Positions 27,308 to 36,069 are shown, counted from the stretch's first letter. The stretch is DNA of 64,000 bases from Candidatus Chisholmbacteria bacterium RIFCSPHIGHO2_01_FULL_52_32 (GCA_001816585.1 MHCJ01000003.1:586681-650680), one strand, 5' to 3'. The notes: generated from the sequence alone by a model not told the origin. Made by a program: numbers and translations.

Positions 27308-28537
27308 TCATGGGCAGGTGAAGACCTCGAACTGGGTCCAGACCCCTTCGTAGGTCAGAATCGGCAGGTTCGCCGGGCAGTTGTCGCGGGCGAAGTCCTT
27401 TGCCCAGTCGGTGGCCACCCAGTCGGCCGGAGCTCCCCAAACCGAGGCGTCGAACGTCGCAGCGGCTGCTGCGATGTCCTGGCCGCGGATGAGGCCGATG
27501 GCGCTGTGACCATTGAGACCCCCAGGGCTCTTGCTTGCATCGATGACATAGATGCACTGGGGATCCCAAGCGGGATTGATGGCTGCGATGCCATTTGCAT
27601 TGTCCCCCAGAGCCGGGCCAGCCTGTTCGTTACAGACCATGCCGCGGTTCTCGGTGTCGAACTTCGACACGCCGCTGAACGTCCCGCTTGAGGCGGGAGC
27701 GGCAAGGCCGGAAACCGTCAGGCCTCCCCAGGTGTAGCCCAGATTGAAATGGGGCAGTTGTTCGCCGGGGACGAGACCGATCTCCTCGGGCAAGGGATTG
27801 CCCGCACGGACGTCCTCACAGGAGGAGTCCTGGTGGACAATCTGCATCGTCTTCATGTCGACGTAGTCGAACACGATCGGTTCATAGGAGACCTTCGCAT
27901 CGTCCCAGTTGTTGCACTTGCCCGTGGCAAGTCCGTGGAGGATGTCGCGAGGCTTGGCCCCGACCGGCATCTGCCATTGAGTCCCTTGGTAGACTGAGAC
28001 GTTCTCGGCGGCGCCGAAGAAGGCGGTGATATGATGGTCTTCCGAAGGCGAAAAGCCTTCGAACCATCTCCCTTCCATCTCCGCGGCGCAGTCGGCGGCC
28101 CCGATCGCGGCATTCTGCCAGATCACTCCGGCAGTTTCGACGTACTCACCGTCGATGTCCTCCTGGGTGATGTCGGTAAGGAAACAGAAGTTCGGCAGAC
28201 TTGCGGTCTGCACCAGGCTGGGATCGAGGGTCGGGACTGCTGTGAGCGTAGGAAGCGCCACTTGGGTCTTCAACTGCTGTAGCTCTGCCTCTCCGGCTGC
28301 ATTCGTCGCCTTCGCGGCGGTGGCCTCAACGGCAAGGGCGTACCCGTCTTCAACTGCCCGGGTGTACTTGCGGTTTGTCACCGATGTCGCCAAGGCGATG
28401 GCCACCAACGCGATCACAATTGCGATGCCAGCTGGGGGGAGCCAACGTCTCGTTGGCTTCGACTGACTTACAGTCGGAGCGGTGGTCGCAGTCGGCGGAG
28501 GGGCGGGTGAAACTGGGTCTTGCTTTTTCTTAGTCAT
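27308..28537 (-). CDS. Hypothetical membrane-anchored extracytoplasmic protein in a GC-rich island
   Basis: Local GC about 62% against ~50% elsewhere. Strong SD AAGGAGG 7 nt before the ATG. Pro/Thr/Ala-rich N-terminus plus a TM; no known domain. Confidence 0.55.
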   Translation of the reverse strand: MTKKKQDPVSPAPPPTATTAPTVSQSKPTRRWLPPAGIAIVIALVAIALATSVTNRKYTRAVEDGYALAVEATAAKATNAAGEAELQQLKTQVALPTLTAVPTLDPSLVQTASLPNFCFLTDITQEDIDGEYVETAGVIWQNAAIGAADCAAEMEGRWFEGFSPSEDHHITAFFGAAENVSVYQGTQWQMPVGAKPRDILHGLATGKCNNWDDAKVSYEPIVFDYVDMKTMQIVHQDSSCEDVRAGNPLPEEIGLVPGEQLPHFNLGYTWGGLTVSGLAAPASSGTFSGVSKFDTENRGMVCNEQAGPALGDNANGIAAINPAWDPQCIYVIDASKSPGGLNGHSAIGLIRGQDIAAAAATFDASVWGAPADWVATDWAKDFARDNCPANLPILTYEGVWTQFEVFTCP

Positions 28538-29103
28538 GATGGGCCTCCTTGCCCAATGATGATCCGGATTGACTCCGAGGAAGCTTCGCCCGGGTGGGGC
28601 GTCCTTAAGGTTTGCGCGTCACGCCCAACCTTAGGTTTGCCTCCTCACATTCGCTTCATGTCTTTGGCTTTTTGGCCTTTTATTCCTGACGTTTTCAGCG
28701 GCGATTCGGTTATGAGACGCCCTGAAATTGGTCCCTTGTGCTTTATGTTCCACTTATGGTGGAGGCCGGATTTTTGCCCGACGCTTTGATCAGCACAGGG
28801 GAATTGACGCTTGGAAGAGAAGCCTTCAGCCGCAGAAGTTAGCGAAGGATTGAGCTTCACTCTCACGCACTCGGTAGCGAACCGATAAAAAAAACCCTAT
28901 ATGCCTTTGTCAATGAGCATTCCGCATCTGCGGAATCCCTGATCCCTTGAATGATTCCCGTTTGGCGGGATGGTGGGATCTGCCCACAAGCATTTTTGAG
29001 TGGGGTATCCCTTACTACAATCAAGGATCACCTCGGGGTATAAACGCTGGTATGCTTCTACCCCCGGGTGATCCTTTATTCGCTTCCCTCTGGCTTAACC
29101 GTC

Positions 29104-29352
29104 TTACTCTAAGAGGTAGACGCTTTTCAGCCTTCTGGCGATGGCAAACAGGGAAAGACCTGTGACGAATGCTACTGCGGCGATTTGGAAGAAGGCAGAT
29201 GACACAAAGCCAGTGTCGACCGGAGTGTGGGCACCGCAAACCACACCTCCGCCGTAGAACGGGGTGCAGGTTTGTGTGATTTCCTGAGCCATTGCTGATG
29301 GGGGAAAAACACTGGTGACCAACACGAAAAATGCGACAGTGAATTTTCTCAT
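29104..29352 (-). CDS. Tiny secreted Cys-loop peptide with C-terminal TM and basic tail (sortase-substrate-like)
   Basis: Signal peptide ...PPSAMA, mature QEITQTCTPFYGGGVVCGAHTPVDTG, then TM and RRLK. Consensus sigma70 promoter upstream; directly downstream of the sortase. Confidence 0.5.
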   Translation of the reverse strand: MRKFTVAFFVLVTSVFPPSAMAQEITQTCTPFYGGGVVCGAHTPVDTGFVSSAFFQIAAVAFVTGLSLFAIARRLKSVYLLE

Positions 29353-29434
29353 ACGGACTCTTTATTTATGTGATGTAGAGCTTTCGGCTTATAAAAAAAG
29401 CAAAAAGGCCTCTTCCTTCTGCTATTGTTGGCAG

Positions 29435-29462
29435 ATTATACACGTCTCTGCTAATTTGTCAA
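29435..29462 (-). promoter_or_regulatory. Consensus sigma70-type promoter (TTGACA-N16-TATAAT) driving the tiny Cys-loop peptide gene
   Basis: Minus strand TTGACA (29462-29457) and TATAAT (29440-29435), about 80 nt upstream of ATG 29352 and 6 nt after the sortase stop. Confidence 0.55.
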
Positions 29463-29467
29463 GCCCG

Positions 29468-30133
29468 TCAGGCTTCCCGCAGGTTGGCATAGTAAAAGAT
29501 TCGAACGGGCGAGTTAAACAGCTTGCAGGTATAGAGGATGAGATCCGGGCTGTAGTCAGTGATCTGTTCCCCTTCATAGGACCCGGCGATTTCGTAGGTG
29601 TATTTCCGCTGGTTCCAAATCACTTCGACCGAATCGCCCTGTTTGAGTTTGGGGAGATTGAAGAAAGAGTTTCGCACGCGAAACTGCTGGCTCCAATCCA
29701 AGTATCCGAAGCGGTGGGCGGCGAGGATCATCGGTCTTTTTGCGAATTCCGGCGTGCCGAATTCAGGCACCCTCCAAACGCCCTCGCGGAGGACCGCATA
29801 GGGATCTTTCCCTTCACGAATTTGGGTGGAAACACCGATTTTTATGATTGTCACCCCGTTTTCCCGCGGGAGACTGGGATCAAACGGAGGGAGCGTGCGC
29901 GTTTTTTCTGTGGCGCTTTCGGAGGCCACAGAGTTTGCGGAAATACCGGCTCCCTCAACAAGAACGCCGGCGAGCTGTTGGCTGGTCTGGGGACGCAGTC
30001 TGTACCAAACCTGCGGCCAGAACGGAATCGTGACCAAGATGAGCGCCACAAACCAGAGGAATAATCCCGCCGTCGTGACGATGAGCGAGAGCCTGGATGG
30101 TGCCTGTTTGAAGAGTGTGCCGGAAAGGCGCAT
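29468..30133 (-). CDS. Sortase family transpeptidase
   Basis: N-terminal TM; catalytic motifs LAAHRF (His), LILYTC (Cys), VRIF (Arg) in SrtA order. Confidence 0.75.
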   Translation of the reverse strand: MRLSGTLFKQAPSRLSLIVTTAGLFLWFVALILVTIPFWPQVWYRLRPQTSQQLAGVLVEGAGISANSVASESATEKTRTLPPFDPSLPRENGVTIIKIGVSTQIREGKDPYAVLREGVWRVPEFGTPEFAKRPMILAAHRFGYLDWSQQFRVRNSFFNLPKLKQGDSVEVIWNQRKYTYEIAGSYEGEQITDYSPDLILYTCKLFNSPVRIFYYANLREA

Positions 30134-30193
30134 AGGGAAAAGCGTATAGCGTACAGGAATAAAAAATCAAAGATCAATGTTTCACGTCCAAGT

Positions 30194-30238
30194 ATTATGA
30201 ATCATGAATTATGAATTATGAATTATGAATTATGAATC
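30194..30238 (+). repeat. (ATGAATT/ATGAATC)x6 heptamer array in the sortase 5' region
   Basis: attatgaatcatgaattatgaattatgaattatgaattatgaatca. Confidence 0.9.
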
Positions 30239-30676
30239 AAGGATAAAAGCATTGAAAAAAGAACCCCGGAAACGGAGTTCTCGCAATTCACATTTGATTT
30301 GGTGCAAATTATAGCAGAAAATTACCCGAAAGTAAACCAGGAGGTTATTATTGTTGAGATCAGGCAACAGCGCTATGGATGAGCAGATAGGTGAGAGCCG
30401 TTGCTACGATGATTGCGGCAATAAGAAGGGTGGCTGAGATTTTGGAATGACCCTGTCTCCGATGAAGGTTGAAGATCGGTTTGGCTACGAGGGAATTCTT
30501 TTCGAACAGGCGACGTGGTAAGTCGTTTGTCATGGGCAGTAGTGACCTATCGACTGATATTCTCGGAAGGGGCTTTTGTCTTCCCCTCCGAAGCCTGTCC
30601 TGTTTTAAGGTTAAGACATGAGGACTATCTGTGTCAATGAGGAAATTAAACTAAAACGAGTGATCTTGAACCTGTT

Positions 30677-31789
30677 TTAATGCTCCGCCTCTCCTCTTCT
30701 GGCTTGACTTTCAATCTTATCCATCGCCTCCTTCAGCGCGACCCGCCAGTCGTGATGGGCGGTTTTGGCAACAAACGGCGGTGTTTGACGGTGATGGGCA
30801 ATCAAGGTGATCTCGTATAACTTGGCTTCGCCCGCAGCATTTTTCACCGAGTGGACATGGACCTCCAAGCGGCCGAGTTTCACCTTTTTCCTGAGTTTAA
30901 AAAAGCGTTTTTCCACCTCCACTTGGAAACCTGTTTTATCCTCAAAATCTTCCGGGAGCTCCATTTGCATTCCTTCTTCCTCTTCCCCTCCGGTACGGGC
31001 GATCGCCTCAAGTACATCCTTGTACGTTAAGATACCTATCGGCTGCCATTTCGGGTTCACGATGACCACGCTTCCGACTTCATGTTCAAGCATGAGGCCG
31101 ATCATCCTCGGCAGCGGTGTATTGGGAGTTGCGGTAATCACCGATCCTTTTACATAATTGCGAATCGGTTGGTCCAGAGACTTTCGTTTCTGCCCCACTC
31201 TTGAGAAAGGAGAGAGGGAAGTTTTCGGGGCTGATAGCGCTTGGCGGAGATCGTAGCGGGTAAGAATCCCGATGAGCTTTCCCTGCCCGTCGACCACGGG
31301 AAGACGGGCCACACCGCTACGGCGTAACAGTTCCCTGGCTTCACTCAGTCTGGCGCTCTGATCGATCGTCGTCAGTCGCCCTTTTCCCCGAAGCGGAAGT
31401 GTGTCGAATACATTTCCCAGCTCTCTGACTTTGCGAAGGAGCGAATAGACGGATACGATCCCGACCCACTCACCTGCCTCCGAAACGACGGGGAGAAAAT
31501 ATACTTTAGCAAGGACCATTTGTTTGGCGATTTCCCAGATTGGAGTTGACAGGCGGAGTTTCGGGGGTGAGAAAAGGCAGTGCTCTACTTTAGTGGTGGG
31601 AGGGTAATTGGCCCGAAACATGACGTAATAGGGAGTAATACAACCGAGAAGCTTTTTCCCTGCCGCCACGAATACCGCGTCGTGACTGGAATTCAATCTG
31701 GCCAGGGCTTGGGAGAGCGTTGCTGAGGGTGCACAGGTAATGATTTCTTCGGTCTTTAAGAGATCCCTGGCAGTTATCTCTTGTGGCAT
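30677..31789 (-). CDS. Tandem CBS-domain protein fused to a C-terminal ribosome hibernation factor (HPF/RaiA)-like domain
   Basis: Two CBS pairs (about 1-270). C-terminal ~90 aa (LEVHVHSVK...LYEITLIAHH...HHDWRVALKEAMDKIESQARR) aligns to the HPF beta-alpha-beta-beta-beta-alpha fold. Confidence 0.45.
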   Translation of the reverse strand: MPQEITARDLLKTEEIITCAPSATLSQALARLNSSHDAVFVAAGKKLLGCITPYYVMFRANYPPTTKVEHCLFSPPKLRLSTPIWEIAKQMVLAKVYFLPVVSEAGEWVGIVSVYSLLRKVRELGNVFDTLPLRGKGRLTTIDQSARLSEARELLRRSGVARLPVVDGQGKLIGILTRYDLRQALSAPKTSLSPFSRVGQKRKSLDQPIRNYVKGSVITATPNTPLPRMIGLMLEHEVGSVVIVNPKWQPIGILTYKDVLEAIARTGGEEEEGMQMELPEDFEDKTGFQVEVEKRFFKLRKKVKLGRLEVHVHSVKNAAGEAKLYEITLIAHHRQTPPFVAKTAHHDWRVALKEAMDKIESQARRGEAEH

Positions 31790-31856
31790 GTGCGTGTCAA
31801 TTATTCTATCATGAACCCTGTCAAGTCAATACTTCCGTATCCTTTCCCTCCTCTCC

Positions 31857-32960
31857 ATGGCTTCTGGTATACTTTCTCAGATGAAAATCCTGAAATGTTC
31901 CGACGCCAACCGGGCAAAAGTGATTGCCGAGAGCATCGCTTGTCTCTCCAAAGGAGGCTTGATTGTCTACCCTACGGAGACCTGCTATGGGGCGGGGGTT
32001 GATGCCGCAAACCGAACGGCAACGTTAAAGCTTCTTTCCTTCAAGGGCCAGCGGGGGAGTAAGCCGATTGCTCTGGCTGTTTCCGATCGGACAATGGCTT
32101 CACATTATGTTTCGATCAATGCAACAGCCGACCACCTCTATCGTACATTCCTGCCGGGGCCGCTGACCGTGGTTTCCCGAAGCCTCGCTACTCTTTCGCC
32201 TTCGCTTGAAGCGGGTACCGGAACCCTCGGGATCCGGATCCCCGCTCATCCGCTTGCCTTGGCCATTATCAAGCGATTGGGGAGACCACTCACGGCGACC
32301 TCGGCCAACACCTCCGGGAAGAAACCGCCATATTCCGTCAAGGACTTCGAGCAGTACACCTCACAGAAGCGCTTGGCTTTGGTCGATCTTTTCCTTGATG
32401 CGGGGACCCTTCCCCCAAATCCGCCTTCAACCGTCGTGGATACTACCCTCAATGAACCGGCGGTCCTCCGTCAGGGGGAAATTGTCATTCCCAAACACAA
32501 AGGAACTACGGTTGTTTCCGGTTCGCAAGAAGAAACCCAACGGCTGGCTGGCAGGCTCTTTTCAACCTACCGAAAGGAGCTTTCCCATAAACCCCTCATC
32601 TTCGCCCTCCAAGGGGAATTGGGGGCGGGAAAAACCCAGTTCGTCAAAGGGCTCGCCAAGGCTTTGGGTATCCGAACGAATATACCCTCTCCAACCTTTG
32701 TGCTGATCAAGGAGTATCCCTACTCCTGTTTTGGAATATCCGGAACGCTCTACCACGTCGATACATGGCGTCTTGAGAAAGGGGATGAGGTAATGGATCT
32801 TGGACTTGGGGCGATGCTCCGACCGGGGAATGTTATCGCGATTGAGTGGCTGCAAAAAGTGAAATCTTTACTTCGGAGTTTTTCGGACAAAGCCGTCATC
32901 ATATGGATTAGTTTCGCCCATGTTTCCGAAAGCGAAAGGGAGATCCGCTACCAAGCATGA
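31857..32960 (+). CDS. Fused TsaC/Sua5 (YrdC domain) and TsaE (YjeE P-loop ATPase) t6A biosynthesis protein
   Basis: N-terminal YrdC-like (LIVYPTETCYGAGVDA...TATSANTSG); C-terminal TsaE-like (LQGELGAGKTQFVKGLAKALG...SPTFVLIKEY). Confidence 0.7.
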   Translation: MASGILSQMKILKCSDANRAKVIAESIACLSKGGLIVYPTETCYGAGVDAANRTATLKLLSFKGQRGSKPIALAVSDRTMASHYVSINATADHLYRTFLPGPLTVVSRSLATLSPSLEAGTGTLGIRIPAHPLALAIIKRLGRPLTATSANTSGKKPPYSVKDFEQYTSQKRLALVDLFLDAGTLPPNPPSTVVDTTLNEPAVLRQGEIVIPKHKGTTVVSGSQEETQRLAGRLFSTYRKELSHKPLIFALQGELGAGKTQFVKGLAKALGIRTNIPSPTFVLIKEYPYSCFGISGTLYHVDTWRLEKGDEVMDLGLGAMLRPGNVIAIEWLQKVKSLLRSFSDKAVIIWISFAHVSESEREIRYQA

Positions 32961-34024
32961 AGACGCGTTATACCATCCTTGCCATTGATACATCCTGCGA
33001 TGAGACTTCGGCCGCCGTGACGCTGAACAACCGGGTTCTTTCTAACGCGATCTCCTCCCAGGTTGAATTCCATCGGGAATACGGCGGGGTGGTCCCATTT
33101 CTGGCAAAGCGTATGCACGAGCAACTGATTACCCCGGCTATCCTGACCTCGCTCGCGCAGTCAAGGTTCGTCAAATCGGTTGGGGATGTCGATGCCATTG
33201 CGGTTACGGTCGGGCCCGGACTTGCCCCGGCCCTGGAAATCGGCATTGCCAAAGCGAAACAACTCAGTCTTGAATTTCAAAAACCATTGATCGCGGTTAA
33301 TCATATGGAATCGCACCTTGTCTCCTCTTTTGCCCTCAACCGCAACGGAAACGGGCCGTTTGCAAACACCCCGCTACTGTTTCCCATCCTTGCACTTTTG
33401 GTTTCGGGCGGGCATACGCAGTTGGTTTTGATGAATGGACCGGGACAATACATCTTGCTCGGGGAAACACTGGATGATGCCGCGGGAGAGGCGTTCGATA
33501 AGGTTGCCAAAATGCTTGATCTCGGATACCCGGGCGGATCGATCATTTCCGAGCTGGCAAAAAAAGGTCAGCCGAATTACCGCTTGCCTGTTCCGATGGT
33601 TCAATCCGGATCTTTGAATTTCAGTTTTTCCGGCCTCAAAACCGCTTGTTTATATTTTTTGCAAAAACAGAAACGTCCGTTTTCGCGCCGATTCACCATA
33701 GACTTTGCCGCATCATTTGAACGGGTAATGGCAAAGGCTTTGGTGTTAAAGCTTACGAAGGCGATCGAGCAATACCACCCCAGGCAAATCCTCCTTGGCG
33801 GCGGAGTGATTTCGAATCTGACACTTCGCAAAGAAGCTCGCAAGATTGCCAAACGACATGGACTTCCCCTGTTGGTTCCCTATTCGAAGCGGCTGTTTAC
33901 CGACAACGCGGCGATGGTTGGGGTCTGTGCTTGGTACCAGGCTAAACGAGGGGACTTTGTGAAGGATATTGCAAGGCTTGAGCGGCAGCCGAATTTGGGA
34001 TTTGGCAACGATGAGAACTTGTGA
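32957..34024 (+). CDS. tsaD: tRNA N6-adenosine threonylcarbamoyltransferase TsaD (Kae1/Gcp)
   Basis: LAIDTSCDETSAAV...VTVGPGLAPALEIG...AVNHMESHL; 4-nt overlap with the fusion gene. Confidence 0.85.
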   Translation: MKTRYTILAIDTSCDETSAAVTLNNRVLSNAISSQVEFHREYGGVVPFLAKRMHEQLITPAILTSLAQSRFVKSVGDVDAIAVTVGPGLAPALEIGIAKAKQLSLEFQKPLIAVNHMESHLVSSFALNRNGNGPFANTPLLFPILALLVSGGHTQLVLMNGPGQYILLGETLDDAAGEAFDKVAKMLDLGYPGGSIISELAKKGQPNYRLPVPMVQSGSLNFSFSGLKTACLYFLQKQKRPFSRRFTIDFAASFERVMAKALVLKLTKAIEQYHPRQILLGGGVISNLTLRKEARKIAKRHGLPLLVPYSKRLFTDNAAMVGVCAWYQAKRGDFVKDIARLERQPNLGFGNDENL

Positions 34025-34903
34025 TTACTTCGACTTGGTCGTTAGCCATGCGCCCGAAAGAGCAAGGATTGCGCCAAGAGCAAACCCCACTGTTACCCGT
34101 TCTCCGAGAAGAATTGCCGACCAAACAAAGGTTGCTGCCGGTTGCAGGTAAAAGGTCATGCTCGCGGTAACCGGTGTCCCTTGTTTAATCGCGTACTGGT
34201 AGAGAAGATAATACGCGGCGGTGCCGATCACCCCGACGTAAGCCACGGCAAGCCAGGCACCGAGGGAAATTCCCGCCCACCATCGGGAGTAACTTGCGGT
34301 CTCCGTAATCGCAATAGCAAGGGATACCGCTGCGGTCGTGAGGGAAAAGGATAGCGTTAGGAACTGGGGTGAGTACCTTTCCTGAAGTTTTTTTGAAAAA
34401 ACGGAATAGATTGCGAATGAGGTAACCCCAGCAAGAATCATGAGATTCCCACCGAGGCTTCCACCGATTGCATCGGTGAGACCAAGGATCGGAAGGAGGA
34501 CGATAGAGAGGGTTCCGACCAACCCCAGGGTAATTCCTCCCATTTTCTTCAGAGTGATCTTTTCTTTGATCAAAAGGCGCGAGAATAGGACAGCGAGGAT
34601 GGGAACCGCGACATAGAGCATTTGAGCGGTGGTCGCCGTCGTGTTCCGAATGCCAAAAGTAAACAAGACGATGTTTAGCGTTGCTAAAAGGGAGACGAGA
34701 ATGACGGGGAGTGTGGCTTTTGTCAGCCTTGGTTTTTCCTTCAGAAAAAGCGGGAACAGAAAAAGCAGGCTTAACCCGAAACGGATAAAAATGAATGAAA
34801 GCGGCGGGATTTCCCGCAGACCGATTTTGCTCATGGTGGGAAGCCCGCCACCGAGGAGGGCGGCCAAAAGTACTGCAAGCAGAGCGAGGTTTCGGTTTTT
34901 CAT
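34025..34903 (-). CDS. EamA/DMT-family transporter
   Basis: 10 TM helices, two EamA repeats; start at internal MKNRNLALLAV. Confidence 0.6.
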   Translation of the reverse strand: MKNRNLALLAVLLAALLGGGLPTMSKIGLREIPPLSFIFIRFGLSLLFLFPLFLKEKPRLTKATLPVILVSLLATLNIVLFTFGIRNTTATTAQMLYVAVPILAVLFSRLLIKEKITLKKMGGITLGLVGTLSIVLLPILGLTDAIGGSLGGNLMILAGVTSFAIYSVFSKKLQERYSPQFLTLSFSLTTAAVSLAIAITETASYSRWWAGISLGAWLAVAYVGVIGTAAYYLLYQYAIKQGTPVTASMTFYLQPAATFVWSAILLGERVTVGFALGAILALSGAWLTTKSK

Positions 34904-34905
34904 CG

Positions 34906-35490
34906 TTAGGTGGGAAGCTGTCTTATCAGTTGAATGAGAGAGAGCACTTGGCTCTGGTGGGTGGTGATAAACCAAATAAGATAGATGCCGATACCCGGTT
35001 GAACGATGTACGTTTCCACCCAGCTGTCTGTTGTGATGCGCAGCACTGCAATTGGCGGAAGTCCGAAGTTAATGGGAATGGGAAACAGAAGCGGCAATCC
35101 TTCCTTGGTGAACGCGTCAGCGAGAAGGTGCGACAAATAGCCGATCATGATGCTTATAAAGATCATTTGCGGATCGATGAAGGAAGCATTGAGGAACTTC
35201 GGCAGCAGCCAGTTGAGGCCCTTATAAATGAGAAACACCCCGAGGAGTGAATGGGTGATGGTGCGGTGTTTGTAGAAGATTTGCCTAAAGATTTTTCCAA
35301 GGGAATCTCCGCCCGGAAGAAGATCCCAAAGCCGGTTGCCCGCCTGATCCATGTCCGGAATGAGCGCACCGATGATATTTCCGATAATGGATGCTCCGAC
35401 GGTCAGGAGATTCAATGATGCGGGAGGATAGAGTGTTGCAATCGTCAGCAGAGAAGCAAAGGCAAAGCCGTCATGGGTTCGGGCAGTCAT
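34906..35490 (-). CDS. Membrane-bound metal-dependent hydrolase (YdjM/DUF457-like)
   Basis: HRTITHSLL...GYLSHLLADAFTKEG motif. Confidence 0.5.
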   Translation of the reverse strand: MTARTHDGFAFASLLTIATLYPPASLNLLTVGASIIGNIIGALIPDMDQAGNRLWDLLPGGDSLGKIFRQIFYKHRTITHSLLGVFLIYKGLNWLLPKFLNASFIDPQMIFISIMIGYLSHLLADAFTKEGLPLLFPIPINFGLPPIAVLRITTDSWVETYIVQPGIGIYLIWFITTHQSQVLSLIQLIRQLPT

Positions 35491-35493
35491 ACT

Positions 35494-35745
35494 TTATCTG
35501 TAAATTTCCCTTCTGTGCCCTATCCTTAAGATTACGATCGTTTTTCCATGGATATCAAAAACCACCCGGTAATTGCCGATTCTCCACCGATATGTACCAA
35601 TCTTTGTGTCGATGAGTTTTCTTGTGTGTACTAGAGGATTCCTGGAGTAGTTCTCCAGTTTTACTTTAAGCTTCTTTTTCGCTACTTTATCTAATTTCTC
35701 AATATCCTTTACTGCAATCCTCGTATAGACAATTTTGAAGGCCAT
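35494..35745 (-). CDS. RelE/ParE-family type II toxin
   Basis: 83 aa, RelE/StbE-like (YRWRIGNYRVVFDIHGKTIVILRIGHRREIY); 1-nt overlap with the upstream antitoxin. Confidence 0.7.
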   Translation of the reverse strand: MAFKIVYTRIAVKDIEKLDKVAKKKLKVKLENYSRNPLVHTRKLIDTKIGTYRWRIGNYRVVFDIHGKTIVILRIGHRREIYR

Positions 35746-35993
35746 TAGATTTCGCCGAAGACTTCACCGTGAGAAAATATCTCTCCTCTTCTATACTCTT
35801 CGCGGGCTTTTTTGATGCTTTCTTGGTATTTTTTATTTGTGAGTGCAATGAGGTCTTCAAAGAAATCGATATTCACAAGAGCAGAGGTGATCTTTCCCCT
35901 TTTTGCCACTAGAAGGAAGTCCTTTTTATGGCTGATTTCAACTAAGGTGTCCGCTAAGTTGTTTCTGAGAACAGTTGAGCTTACAATATTCAT
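35745..35993 (-). CDS. Phd/YefM-family antitoxin
   Basis: 82 aa; N-terminus STVLRNNLADTLVEISHKKDFLLVAKRGK typical of Phd/YefM. Confidence 0.65.
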   Translation of the reverse strand: MNIVSSTVLRNNLADTLVEISHKKDFLLVAKRGKITSALVNIDFFEDLIALTNKKYQESIKKAREEYRRGEIFSHGEVFGEI

Positions 35994-36069
35994 GATAATT
36001 TCTATTGTACATTAGGAATGTCCTTTGTCAATGTAAGTTTTGATAGATATGCACTCGGCTTCGATCTTC

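Noticed and set aside
27355-28466. Long antisense and alternative-frame ORFs inside the GC-rich gene (27355..27705, 27272..27691, 28155..28466 and others)
   Set aside because: High GC suppresses stop codons in all frames. These ORFs overlap the much longer 409-aa ORF, which has a strong SD and a coherent TM-plus-ectodomain architecture.
28740-28765. Minus-strand sequence ...GGCAAAAATCCGGCCTCCACCA resembling a tmRNA/tRNA 3' end (CCTCCACCA)
   Set aside because: No acceptable T-arm (loop CAAAAAT, stem does not pair), no complementary 5' acceptor strand at a plausible distance, and no tag-peptide ORF. Treated as chance.
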